A stretch of DNA of 64,000 nucleotides from a virus (lineage: Duplodnaviria > Caudoviricetes). Location: positions 1 to 64,000 of the IMG/VR virus record IMGVR_UViG_3300046615_000451; one strand, written 5' to 3'. Below, piece by piece: positions 9,948 to 19,139 of the stretch (positions are counted from its first letter, which is position 1; each line of letters opens with the position of its first letter). Made by a program: the position numbers and the translations under genes. The notes under the pieces were generated by a model. It had not been told where the DNA came from and ran no database searches. It saw only the letters and a program-made list of their open reading frames with translations.

Positions 9948-10654
9948 TGGCCAACATCTTCGAGCGGATGGCGTACCAGGGTATCGAGTCGATCACCCCC
10001 AAGCAGGGCTTGAGTAGCAAAGTGCTCAAGTACACCAGCTCCGCTCGCAACCTGCTGAGCGGCAACCTGAGCGGCGCTGCCAATAGCCTGATGGACAATA
10101 AGTTCGGCCGTAGCGGCATGGCTTCCGACGACGGCAATATCATCCTGGCGGGCCAGTCCTGGGCCAGCCAACTCCAGATGTTTGAAGAGGCATCGAGCGT
10201 CCTTCGCGAGCGCACGAACCTGTGGCACATCGGCATCGATCCGGTGGGCAAAATCGCCGCACCGCGCGTCAACCTGCTGGCCACCGAAGTGTCGTTTAAC
10301 AGCGTCCAGCTTGGGTATGAGCCGGTAAAAGTCGGTTCTGGCTTCACCCAAGCCCCCACGGGCGCCGATCCGGCCGAGCTGCGCATCGTCTGTTACGACG
10401 TGAACGGGGAAATCAAAAACTGGTTTGACCGCCTCGCCACCCTGGCCGCGCACCCGGACGGCACCTTTGGCGTGCCCTCGGACTACGCCAACACCATCAC
10501 CGTGACCCATGGCGCCATTGAAGAAGGCAAGGGGTATTCCAAAAGCTGGGTACTGCTGCCGGTGTCATGTGAGGTCAGCCTTTCGCGCAGCACGGATGAA
10601 TTTACCGCGCTCAACCTGTCATTTACCCAACACGACACCTTTGGCGGCCTATGA
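9947..10654 (+). CDS. Tube-like baseplate/tail protein (P1 Tub-like)
   Basis: Translationally coupled; tube-fold-like C-terminal half; synteny. Confidence 0.45.
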   Translation: MANIFERMAYQGIESITPKQGLSSKVLKYTSSARNLLSGNLSGAANSLMDNKFGRSGMASDDGNIILAGQSWASQLQMFEEASSVLRERTNLWHIGIDPVGKIAAPRVNLLATEVSFNSVQLGYEPVKVGSGFTQAPTGADPAELRIVCYDVNGEIKNWFDRLATLAAHPDGTFGVPSDYANTITVTHGAIEEGKGYSKSWVLLPVSCEVSLSRSTDEFTALNLSFTQHDTFGGL

Positions 10655-11421
10655 AATATATCAACCCCGTAAACACGCGGCGCATATCCGTAGAAATGGA
10701 TGAATTGCTCATTGAGGACGTGGAAAAGCTGTGTGAAATCCCGTCCATTTTTGAGCAGCGAACCGCCACCGAGCTGCTGCGCCGCGTCTGCAAACCAATC
10801 GACCGTCCCGGCGCCGTGGCTGACCCGCGTTTCTGGTCGGTGAACGAGCGGATTTTTGTGGTAGCCAACTACATGGCCGCCACCCGCGACGATGGCCCCG
10901 ATTTTCCGGTGGGTGACGACAAGGACGGCGGACATTTTAGCGATTACCTGCTGGCGGATACCGATTACGTGGGCGACATCCCGTTCACCTGTGACGGCCG
11001 CGACCTGCTCTATACCCCGCTGCTGGGCTACCAGGCCGAGATTATCGAGGCGTTGATTGCTGGCGGCACCTATAAGGCGACCGATTTCAGCTGGTGGTGC
11101 GCCGCTATGGCCGCATGTGTGCGTGGGGCTGATGAAGAGCCGGTGCCCTATACCGACGACGCCAGTTATGAGACCGCACTGGTGGCCCGCATCACCCCCA
11201 TTCGCAAGCTCAAGGATCGCAAGTTCGTGGGCCTGTTCCATGCCTTCCTGGATGTGCAGCAACGCGCCGCGCACCTGGTGCATGCGGTGACCAGCTCGTT
11301 CGGTGTGGTGGCCTCGCCTGTCTCCGCGCGTGCAGAGGGGGCGCCAGAGTTAGCACCGGCCTGCTTTCCTGCCCATACCGCCATCAGCAGCGGCGCGCGT
11401 GCAGTTATGGGAGTCGTATAA
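10651..11421 (+). CDS. Putative tail/baseplate assembly protein (P1 PmgB-like)
   Basis: ATGA overlap; DPRFWSVNER segment; synteny. Confidence 0.45.
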   Translation: MKYINPVNTRRISVEMDELLIEDVEKLCEIPSIFEQRTATELLRRVCKPIDRPGAVADPRFWSVNERIFVVANYMAATRDDGPDFPVGDDKDGGHFSDYLLADTDYVGDIPFTCDGRDLLYTPLLGYQAEIIEALIAGGTYKATDFSWWCAAMAACVRGADEEPVPYTDDASYETALVARITPIRKLKDRKFVGLFHAFLDVQQRAAHLVHAVTSSFGVVASPVSARAEGAPELAPACFPAHTAISSGARAVMGVV

Positions 11422-11647
11422 CGACGTTCGCGCCGAGCTGGCGCTGTACTTCGGCCAAGACCTGGCGCAGGCCGGGAAGCTCACCGAAAGCCGTGTTCGC
11501 AAGCTGTTTGAAAGCAAGCCTTTTGGCAACTGGAAGAGCATGCGCGAAAACGAGAACAAGGTAGTCCAGGCAGAGCTGAATCGCTTGGACGCGATCATTA
11601 AATCACTGGGCAACGTGGCGCAGATCATCGCCAAAAAAGGCGTCTGA
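11399..11647 (+). CDS. Small putative tail assembly protein
   Basis: Overlaps the previous stop; helical, typical codon usage. Confidence 0.5.
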   Translation: MQLWESYNDVRAELALYFGQDLAQAGKLTESRVRKLFESKPFGNWKSMRENENKVVQAELNRLDAIIKSLGNVAQIIAKKGV

Positions 11648-11651
11648 AACG

Positions 11652-11693
11652 CGCAAACCGGCCACGGAAGGCTGGCACAAAGCCATAGACAAT
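11652..11693 (+). promoter_or_regulatory. Putative late promoter of lysis cassette (CGCAAA-N30-GACAAT)
   Basis: Same motif and spacing. Confidence 0.6.
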
Positions 11694-11707
11694 ATCGGTA
11701 ATGAACC

Positions 11708-12034
11708 ATGACTAGATGGGAAAACGATATGGCCGCTGACGTGCAGCGATTCATGGATACACCCTTTGCCAAGATGGGCTTCGGGATCGCGCAGGGGTTG
11801 GCGGTTGCGGCGCTTATTGGGATTGGCAGCAGCATGATGACCAAGCTCGACAACATCCAAAACGCTGTCAACCAAGGAGCGCAAAACATGGCCCTGGTGC
11901 AGCGTGACGTGCGCTTGCTGGAAGCGACGACGACCGAGCTCCGCACCGAGCAGGTATCGGGCGAAAAACGGACCTCGCGACTGGAATTCAAGGTTGAGCA
12001 GATGGAAAAGGACCGGGCCAATGAGCGCAAGTAA
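11708..12034 (+). CDS. Single-TM coiled-coil membrane protein (lysis regulator/holin-associated)
   Basis: Hydrophobic segment GFGIAQGLAVAALIGIG followed by coiled coil; first gene of the lysis cassette. Confidence 0.5.
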   Translation: MTRWENDMAADVQRFMDTPFAKMGFGIAQGLAVAALIGIGSSMMTKLDNIQNAVNQGAQNMALVQRDVRLLEATTTELRTEQVSGEKRTSRLEFKVEQMEKDRANERK

Positions 12035-12281
12035 GGCCGCCCCGCCGGCGACACTCAAGGATCTGTTGCGCCAGAAGCTCAAGCCCCACAACAAGCTGAT
12101 TTTTGCGGTCTGCGTGGTGTTCGACTCGCTGGTAACGATCATGACGCTCTACAGCGATCACCCGCCGTTTAATCCGGTGATTTACGGCGCTATTTCCGCC
12201 CTCGTGAAGGGCGCGAACATCGGCCTTCACTACCTCAGCAAAGCCATTCAAGAGGAAGAACCCGATGCAGCAGCCGAATAA
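12021..12281 (+). CDS. Putative holin
   Basis: 86 aa from ATG 12021, two hydrophobic segments, charged termini, immediately before the endolysin. Confidence 0.55.
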   Translation: MSASKAAPPATLKDLLRQKLKPHNKLIFAVCVVFDSLVTIMTLYSDHPPFNPVIYGAISALVKGANIGLHYLSKAIQEEEPDAAAE

Positions 12282-12711
12282 GGCGCCCGCCGCCACCACG
12301 TCGGAAATCGACATTCTGGCCCGCACCCTGTGGGGCGAGGCCCGAGGCGAGAGCCAAGCCGGTATGGAAGCCGTGGCGTGGACCATCCGCAATCGGGTGT
12401 TCGATGGCAAGGCCAAATCCTGGTGGGGCGAAGGTTATGCCGGGGTGTGCCAAAAGCCATGGCAATTCAGCTGTTGGAACGCCAACGATCCGAACTCGCC
12501 TTACCTCAAGGGCGCCAAGCCAATCCCGGCGGGTGAGTACAAGAAGGCCCTGGCAGCTGCGACTGCTGTAGTCAACGGGGCGGTACCGGATCCAACCAAC
12601 GGCGCGACCCACTACTACGCGACCACCATACCGAAGCCGCCGAAATGGGTGATTGGCGCCACACAGACGTTCAAGCTGGGGCAGCACGTCTTTTTCAAGA
12701 ACGTCCCATGA
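12265..12711 (+). CDS. Endolysin, SleB/Hydrolase_2 cell-wall hydrolase family
   Basis: LARTLWGEARGE, QFSCWN and GATHYY motifs. Confidence 0.9.
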   Translation: MQQPNKAPAATTSEIDILARTLWGEARGESQAGMEAVAWTIRNRVFDGKAKSWWGEGYAGVCQKPWQFSCWNANDPNSPYLKGAKPIPAGEYKKALAAATAVVNGAVPDPTNGATHYYATTIPKPPKWVIGATQTFKLGQHVFFKNVP

Positions 12712-13049
12712 GCGGCTGGCACCCGTTGTCTCGCGTACTGGCCAGCGCCAACGTGGACCATTTGGTTTTTGAGTGCCCTGGCTGCAAGGTCAAACACGGC
12801 ATTCAGCACGGACCCGGCAGCGGGCCACGTTGGGGGTGGAACGGTAATGTCGAAAAACCGACGTTCACCCCTTCGATTCTGGTGACGTGGAGCGAACCAA
12901 GCGACAAGCCTGGCGAATTTGACGACACCTCAAAGGATATTAAGAAGGTCTGCCATTCGTTCGTCACCGACGGCCGCATTCAATTCCTGGGCGATTGCAC
13001 GCATGCCCTGGCTGGCCAAACGGTTGATTTGCCGGACTGGGAGAGCTAA
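12708..13049 (+). CDS. Small Cys/His metal-binding protein (DUF6527-like)
   Basis: CPGC..H, WNG...PTFTPS, CHSF...DCTH; ATGA overlap with the endolysin. Confidence 0.55.
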   Translation: MSGWHPLSRVLASANVDHLVFECPGCKVKHGIQHGPGSGPRWGWNGNVEKPTFTPSILVTWSEPSDKPGEFDDTSKDIKKVCHSFVTDGRIQFLGDCTHALAGQTVDLPDWES

Positions 13050-13054
13050 CGCCA

Positions 13055-13417
13055 ATGAGTATTAGCGTTAAAGCGCTGCTGGCGTTACTGCTGTTGAGCA
13101 TTGGCGCCGCGGGCGGATTCTTGAATGCGCAAGACTACTATCAGCCTCGGCTCGATACCGCTAACAGTGACCTGGCCACCGTCACGGCCGGGCGCGACAA
13201 CCTGGAAGCGCTGGCCGGTGAACAGGGCAGGAAGCTGGGGGAGTTGGTGACCGAGGGGAACGCGCGTGAGGAATTGGCGCGCCAGGCGCTGGCCACGGCC
13301 CGCGAAGAGGCGAAACCCGACTACGCCGCGGCCAATCGAATCCAGCGGGAGCGGATCGGCGGCGATGATTGCGTGGCGGCCACGGTAGTGATTGATCAGG
13401 AGATTTTCGGCCTATGA
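13055..13417 (+). CDS. Inner-membrane spanin (Rz-like)
   Basis: N-terminal TM anchor plus periplasmic coiled coil. Confidence 0.75.
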   Translation: MSISVKALLALLLLSIGAAGGFLNAQDYYQPRLDTANSDLATVTAGRDNLEALAGEQGRKLGELVTEGNAREELARQALATAREEAKPDYAAANRIQRERIGGDDCVAATVVIDQEIFGL

Positions 13418-13671
13418 AGGCGTTACTCATTGGTGCCCTGGTGCTGCTGGCGGGGTGTGCCGGGCAACCGCCAGAAGTCCGCACCGTGCGCGTACCGGTA
13501 CCAGTTCCGGTTCCGTGTCGCACGGGCGCTGTGGCGGCGCCAGCCTTTGCAGCAGAGGGACTCAAGAAGACGGATTCTCTTGAGGTGAAAGTGCGCGCCT
13601 TACTGGCCGAACGGAGACAGCGCATCGGCTACGAGCGCGAGCTGTTGGCGTCTCTGTCGGCGTGTCAGTGA
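13414..13671 (+). CDS. Outer-membrane spanin lipoprotein (Rz1-like)
   Basis: Lipobox LLAGC; Pro-rich VPVPVPVPC linker. Confidence 0.8.
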   Translation: MKALLIGALVLLAGCAGQPPEVRTVRVPVPVPVPCRTGAVAAPAFAAEGLKKTDSLEVKVRALLAERRQRIGYERELLASLSACQ

Positions 13672-13761
13672 CCAGGCAGCAATAACCCTGGCGACAGGTT
13701 ACGTCGCCATAAAGGTACTCCACAAAGTCAAAGGCAAGGCGTTACAGCCCGGTGCCTTTTT

Positions 13762-14973
13762 TTATGCGTGGACGCTTGCCAAGGGCTGTCTTGGCGTCGC
13801 GCGCTTTTCGACATACGAAGGCGCTACGCTGCGTTCCATCACATACTTGGCCCAACGGTCCATCAGCGGGCGGCGGCGTTCCAGCAAGTTGCCCCGGTTG
13901 TAGGCGCGGGTGGTGGCGTTGCCCACGGAGTGCGATAGCGCTACTTCACACAGATCCGACGGGAACTTGGTTTTCTCGGCTGCCCACATCCGGAACGTGG
14001 CGCGGAAGCCGTGCGGCGTGGCGCTTTCCCCGTAGCGGATGAGCACGCGGCGCATGGCGTTGTTGGCCATGATCGCCTCAAGGGTGCGGTTCGGAAAAAT
14101 CAAGCTGCTCTTGCCACGGGTATGCACGTCTTTGAGCACGGCCATGGCCGCATCACTCAGCGGGATCTGGTGCGGCTCGCGGTTTTTCATGCGCTCGGCC
14201 GGAATGTTCCAGGTTTTGGTTTCGAAATCGATTTCGTCCCAGGTCGCGCCCATGGCCTCGCCACTACGGCAAGCTGTCAATATTACGAATTGCAGGCAGC
14301 GCGCGGCGCGGGTGATATCGCCTTCCAATTTTTCCATGAAGGCCGGTAGGCGCGAGTAGGGCATGGATTCCAGGTGTGTGGTTTCCGGTACCGACTGCGA
14401 CAGGATGTTTTGCAGGTGCCCGCGCCAGCGCGCCGGGTTTTCGCCGGTGCGGTGGCCACGCGTTTTGGCGAAGTCGAGGATCAGCTCGATGCGGTTTCGC
14501 ACGCGGCGGGCCGATTCTGGCAATTCACGCCAAATAGGCTCAAGGACCGACATCACCGCTTTCGTGTCGATGTCACTGACCGGCATCAGGCCGATTATTG
14601 GGAATACGTGGTCGCGCAGAGAGCTGAACCACTGGGCGGCGTGTTTCTCCGACCAGCCGTGTTTATAGCGCTCAATGCGTTCTAATGCTTCGTCTTGAAA
14701 GGTAACGGTCGGTTTGGTCTGCTGGTGTTTCTGCGCCAGCGGATCAATACCGTTGTTGATCTGTACGCGCAATTCCAGGCATTTGGCCCGAGCTTCCGCC
14801 AGCGACACGAGCGGGAACGAGCCCAGCCCCATGTCGTGACGGTCGCCGTCGAGCTGGTAGCGGAAGATCCAGGATTTTGCACCGGTCTTAGTGACGCGCA
14901 GGGACAAGCCATTCTTATCCGTGTACGTCGCTGGGATGGTGATGTTTTGGATCACTTTTTGTGTGAGAGCCAT
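13762..14973 (-). CDS. int: P4-family tyrosine integrase with N-terminal arm-binding domain
   Basis: GLSLRV..TGAKSW...Y arm domain; catalytic residues in CRSGEA, HGFR, LSH and RAY are intact. Confidence 0.93.
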   Translation of the reverse strand: MALTQKVIQNITIPATYTDKNGLSLRVTKTGAKSWIFRYQLDGDRHDMGLGSFPLVSLAEARAKCLELRVQINNGIDPLAQKHQQTKPTVTFQDEALERIERYKHGWSEKHAAQWFSSLRDHVFPIIGLMPVSDIDTKAVMSVLEPIWRELPESARRVRNRIELILDFAKTRGHRTGENPARWRGHLQNILSQSVPETTHLESMPYSRLPAFMEKLEGDITRAARCLQFVILTACRSGEAMGATWDEIDFETKTWNIPAERMKNREPHQIPLSDAAMAVLKDVHTRGKSSLIFPNRTLEAIMANNAMRRVLIRYGESATPHGFRATFRMWAAEKTKFPSDLCEVALSHSVGNATTRAYNRGNLLERRRPLMDRWAKYVMERSVAPSYVEKRATPRQPLASVHA

Positions 14974-15278
14974 TGTGATTACCTTTTATGCGCGATTTGT
15001 TGGAGCGATATCCATTTCGTGAGCAAAAATTTGCTGGGTACGGCTAGACAGTTTTGGATTAAGTAGGTTTAGGGACAGCCGTTCTTTCAGATAGTGCTGA
15101 AAGTACGAGGGATATGTTATCCCCGAACGGCCGGCCGTAAACCCCAACAAGGTAAGGCTTTTGGCATAAAAGGGGTGGCGTGGTCCCACACTTGCCCCCA
15201 CATCAAACCGTAGAAGGTTTGCCGGTGGGGGCGGGGCTTTATCTAGAGGGGGTGCGGCGATTCCGACGAATGGTCGGA

Positions 15279-15623
15279 TCAGAAGGGGGTTTTTTGCGCG
15301 GTTTTGCTGTTCAAGTACGTCAAATATGCGTCTGCACTGCCAAATAACTCAATCATTCGGGCCGCGTGGCGCTGTTCGGCGGCCATTCGTCGATCTGTGC
15401 GGGCACTTTGCTGCTGTACCTGGTGCTCATTCAAGCGCTGAAGGCCTCGCCCGACCTCGACCGGCAAGCCATAACCCGCCGCCACACTCAAAATCATGAT
15501 CAGCCCCCCGATTCCGACGCGGACGCGCTTGGCCAGCGCCGGGATGGGATGCAGTGCCGGGTACAGGGCGCGATAGACAAACACCAGCGCCAGGCAGAGG
15601 ACGATTGCGGCAATTGACAGCAT
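15279..15623 (-). CDS. Two-TM membrane protein
   Basis: Start MLSIAA at 15623; two hydrophobic helices. Confidence 0.55.
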   Translation of the reverse strand: MLSIAAIVLCLALVFVYRALYPALHPIPALAKRVRVGIGGLIMILSVAAGYGLPVEVGRGLQRLNEHQVQQQSARTDRRMAAEQRHAARMIELFGSADAYLTYLNSKTAQKTPF

Positions 15624-15627
15624 ATGA

Positions 15628-16131
15628 TTACCCCTTGAATTCGAATTGAATGAGCCAGCACCACGGGTTGCTTTCCGCTGGGGTGCCGGGAAGACTTCCC
15701 GCCCAATATTTGTGGAACTCGACCTTGGTTGAATAGCCACACGCCTGCCAATCATGCTCACCAAGATCGGCAAAGCGGGCGATGTCCAAGCGTTTGACGC
15801 GCCCGGTACCGAAGTGCGCGAGCTTTTGCGGGGGCAGCTCTTGCAGCAACTCGAAAGCGTGGCCCTGTTGGATGGGGGCGATATCGCGGCCGATCAGACC
15901 GATACGGAAGGCGAGCCGAACGGCGTACATCAGTGCCGGCGCGTCATCGAGACTCATGCCGCACGCGGCCAGCTCCTGGGCATCGATCACCGGTTGTGGA
16001 TCGAAGGGCACGATGACCAATTTCACCGCACCGCTTTGCACTTTGGCGCTAATTTCTGGCGAAAAGACCATTTTCTTTAACGAAAAGTCGGAATTCCCGT
16101 CATTGGCGCGGGTAAGGGCGCCGTCACTCAT
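15628..16131 (-). CDS. ASCH/PUA-like domain protein
   Basis: C-terminal W...NPWCWLIQF signature. Confidence 0.5.
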   Translation of the reverse strand: MSDGALTRANDGNSDFSLKKMVFSPEISAKVQSGAVKLVIVPFDPQPVIDAQELAACGMSLDDAPALMYAVRLAFRIGLIGRDIAPIQQGHAFELLQELPPQKLAHFGTGRVKRLDIARFADLGEHDWQACGYSTKVEFHKYWAGSLPGTPAESNPWCWLIQFEFKG

Positions 16132-16555
16132 CAGCGGTTGCCACCGGCGCCGATATTCGCCAGCCCACTACAAAGTCGACGTCGAAAGCGAGTGATATAC
16201 AGCTCCATGTCACATGGTAGCTTCGTCCTGTTTTGGTAGACGCAGCGCCCAGCAGCACGCTGCCGTCTTTGAGTTTTAAATCGAGAATGGCAGGCAGTTC
16301 GGGGTAGTCTTCGGTTTCCCAGCTGTGGGCGTCCTTGGTCAGCAGCTCGACAGCCGCAACAACCTGGCTCACTTCGAAGCCGTCGCGCTTCGACAGCAGG
16401 CCCACGGCCGAGGCAATCGCGAAAATGCCGGTTTGCCAGCGATCTTTGCGCACGGGCTTATCATCACCGGGCCGAAACTCGTAATCCTCAAGCTTGGCGG
16501 TGCGGAATTCAGGAAGGCGAAAATCAGCCTCGGAAACTGTTCGTTGGTGTTTCAT
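16124..16555 (-). CDS. Hypothetical phage protein
   Basis: Coupled ORF in the leftward operon. Confidence 0.6.
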   Translation of the reverse strand: MKHQRTVSEADFRLPEFRTAKLEDYEFRPGDDKPVRKDRWQTGIFAIASAVGLLSKRDGFEVSQVVAAVELLTKDAHSWETEDYPELPAILDLKLKDGSVLLGAASTKTGRSYHVTWSCISLAFDVDFVVGWRISAPVATADE

Positions 16556-16845
16556 CAGCGGCTCATTAGATTGAAAGTGATTTTCTTGATAGGGGCGTTA
16601 TGTTCTGTGCGGAGCATCGCCACCAGCGCATCGATTAGGTTGAGGGCCGCCTCGCGCGCCTCGTTGTACGTCATCAGGGCGCCGCTCTCGGGCAACCATT
16701 CCGCCTCGCGGGCATTCCCTTGAGCATCGGCCACCATAAACTTACCGGACCAGCGCACGGGCTTTTTGGGGAGCTTGCGCTGGCTTTTTGAAGGCTTTCC
16801 TTTGAAGTGGTTGACGAGCGTTCGGCCGTTAAAACTGATGTTCAT
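16555..16845 (-). CDS. Hypothetical basic phage protein
   Basis: Coupled ORF; aaggga RBS. Confidence 0.55.
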   Translation of the reverse strand: MNISFNGRTLVNHFKGKPSKSQRKLPKKPVRWSGKFMVADAQGNAREAEWLPESGALMTYNEAREAALNLIDALVAMLRTEHNAPIKKITFNLMSR

Positions 16846-16920
16846 CGGATGTTCCCTTGCATAACTGGCGCCCTTGGGTAGAATCCGGGCTACTTTGTCT
16901 CTGGCGAGTGAAGTGAGAAG

Positions 16921-16953
16921 AAACCGCGCAGCCTTGGCTTCGCGGTTTTTTTT
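16921..16953. terminator. Bidirectional intrinsic terminator
   Basis: aaaccgcg/cgcggttt stem with T8 on + and tttcttct on -. Confidence 0.7.
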
Positions 16954-16967
16954 CGCCTGCTGTTTGG

Positions 16968-17888
16968 TCAGATCCCTTGCGGAACTTCCTCGCCGCCCAA
17001 GGCCTCGATCAGCGCCGGAAGGAATTGCCGGAAGGTCAGCATCATCAGGACAAACCCTGCATCGAGCTGGCCCAACGCATCATCACCGCCGTCGGCTTCT
17101 GCCTGGTCGGTCAAGATGTCCTCAAACTTGATGCCCTTGATGGTCATACGGTCGTCGAGCGCAAACGACAGCTTGTCCTGGTAAGCCATGGCCACCTGAG
17201 TGACCAGCTTCCCGGTGCTCAGGTGCAGTTGAATTTCATCGCTGGTCAGATCCTGGCGCGTGCAACGTACAACGCCGCCGTCTTCATGGGTGTCACGCAA
17301 CTCACACTTATCGAGCACGAACAAATCGTCCGGCGCCTTCTTGGTCTGGACCCACTCCGTCATGCAGGCGGCCGGGCTCATCTTGACCATTAGGGGGCGC
17401 ACAGGCAGCGAGCCGAGTACTTCGCGCAAGGTCGACAGCAAGTCCTCGGCACGGGCTGGAGAAGCCGTGTTGACCAGGATCAGCCCCGCCTTCGGATCGA
17501 TGGCGGCGAAGGTAGTCCCCCGGCGAACGAATGCCCGCGGCAGGAAGGCCTGAATGATTTCATCCTTGATCTGATCGCGTTCCTTTTTGTAGACCTTGCG
17601 CCCCTGGTCCGCTTCGATTTCCTCGACCTTTTCCTTCACCGCGTCGCGCACGACGTTGCCGGGCAGAATGCGCTCTTCTTTACGGCCGGCGATCAGCAGG
17701 AAGTCGCCACTGACATGCACCAGCGGCGCGTCATCGCCCTTGCCGAAGGGGGCCGCAAAGCCGTAGGTGTTGAATTCTTGGGTGGCGGTCGGGCGAGCCG
17801 GCTTGGTTGCCAGTGCGGTAGCCAGCGCGTCGATGTCCCAAGGCAGGGTTTGGGTGAGGCGGTAGACCAGCAGATTTTTGAAAAACAT
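16968..17888 (-). CDS. rdgC: Recombination-associated protein RdgC (P1 hrdC equivalent)
   Basis: [11 protein letters not shown] start, RKEERILPG, typical length. Confidence 0.93.
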   Translation of the reverse strand: MFFKNLLVYRLTQTLPWDIDALATALATKPARPTATQEFNTYGFAAPFGKGDDAPLVHVSGDFLLIAGRKEERILPGNVVRDAVKEKVEEIEADQGRKVYKKERDQIKDEIIQAFLPRAFVRRGTTFAAIDPKAGLILVNTASPARAEDLLSTLREVLGSLPVRPLMVKMSPAACMTEWVQTKKAPDDLFVLDKCELRDTHEDGGVVRCTRQDLTSDEIQLHLSTGKLVTQVAMAYQDKLSFALDDRMTIKGIKFEDILTDQAEADGGDDALGQLDAGFVLMMLTFRQFLPALIEALGGEEVPQGI

Positions 17889-17939
17889 GGTTGTCCTTAG
17901 CGGGGTAGGGCAAGCGTGGACCGGGTGGCCCACGGGGAG

Positions 17940-18491
17940 TTAGGCGCCAGCCAGGTAGGGCATTGGCGCAAAAGGTATGTCGTCGTCGAAGCTGTCAAAG
18001 TCCGGCGGGTTGCCGCCTTGTGGCCCATCAGCGCGATGCGGAGCCGGGGCGGCCTGTTGTGGGCGCGGTGCTTGCTGGCGGCCGGCGGTGCTTGGATCGG
18101 CTGGCCGTTGGCGTTGCTGCTGTTGCTGGCCCTGCTGGTCACCCTGTGGACGGCCGCCGAGCAGCTGCATGGTGCCCTGCATGTCGACGACGATTTCAGT
18201 GGTGTAGCGCTTGATGCCGTCCTTTTCCCACTCGCGGGTTTGTAGCTTCCCCTCGATATAGACCTGAGAGCCTTTGCGCAGGTATTCGCCGGCGATTTCC
18301 GCAACCTTGCCGAACATGCTTACCCGGTGCCATTCCGTCTTCTCGACTTTCTGGCCGGTCTGTTTGTCGGTCCATTGCTCGCTGGTGGCCAGGCTCAGGT
18401 TCGTTACCGCGTTGCCGTTGGGCAAATAGCGGACTTCGGGATCCTGGCCACATGTGCCGACCAGGATCACTTTGTTGACGCCGCGAGCCAT
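17940..18491 (-). CDS. ssb: Single-stranded DNA-binding protein
   Basis: [14 protein letters not shown] fold and acidic DDDIPF tail; aggag RBS. Confidence 0.97.
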   Translation of the reverse strand: MARGVNKVILVGTCGQDPEVRYLPNGNAVTNLSLATSEQWTDKQTGQKVEKTEWHRVSMFGKVAEIAGEYLRKGSQVYIEGKLQTREWEKDGIKRYTTEIVVDMQGTMQLLGGRPQGDQQGQQQQQRQRPADPSTAGRQQAPRPQQAAPAPHRADGPQGGNPPDFDSFDDDIPFAPMPYLAGA

Positions 18492-18647
18492 AAAAGCCCC
18501 CTCCTGTTGTATCCCTATACGTGGTTCGGGCGTAGAAACCCGCTGTCGGCGCATAAGATAATGCCTTATCAAGATTTAAAACAGCGCTTTTATGTCTGCA
18601 TAGTTTAGTATCTAGCCATATCGAACTGAATTAGGGCTGTGAGGACA

Positions 18648-19139
18648 ATGAACCTGGAAGTATTTGAGGGGGCTGTAACCGTCGAAGAGGCGGTGCAAGC
18701 CAGTTACCTGGAGCGACAGCGCCGGTTTTACCTGTACGTCGACCTAAAAGCCGATGGCGTGCGCTTGGACTTGTTTCGGCACTTGCCGGAAAAGGAGCTG
18801 CATACCCTGTCGAATCAGGTGAGCGTGGCGTGTAAGGCGCGGACTGGCATTACCGAAAAGCTGGCCAGACGGCTGGAGTTCGTGATTGGCATTCCGTTTG
18901 GCTTCTTCGATCACCCACTGCCTGAGCGTGAGTTGCGGGCCTCCATGGCGCGCGGTACCCGACTGGTGCGCAAGCTGGCCAAGTACGACCTAGACCCGGA
19001 ATGGGCAGGGCGCAGCAAGAACAAAATCGCGCAGATTATGGAGTCGCCTACCGGCCAGCGCGGGGTGTCGAAAGCCCTGTATCAGCAGGTAATCACGGCG
19101 CTGCGCCCGAAAAAAGGCAGTGTGAACAAGGAAGTATAG
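18648..19139 (+). CDS. Putative HTH transcriptional regulator, divergent from ssb
   Basis: ITEKLARRLEFVIGIPFGFFD resembles the XRE/repressor helix 4-5 pattern; gagga RBS. Confidence 0.45.
   Translation: MNLEVFEGAVTVEEAVQASYLERQRRFYLYVDLKADGVRLDLFRHLPEKELHTLSNQVSVACKARTGITEKLARRLEFVIGIPFGFFDHPLPERELRASMARGTRLVRKLAKYDLDPEWAGRSKNKIAQIMESPTGQRGVSKALYQQVITALRPKKGSVNKEV

Noticed and set aside
11337-11421. Programmed frameshift fusing 10651-11421 to 11399-11647 (tail chaperone style)
   Set aside because: A shift at the G5 run hits TAG at 11351-11353; no canonical slippery heptamer in the remaining overlap
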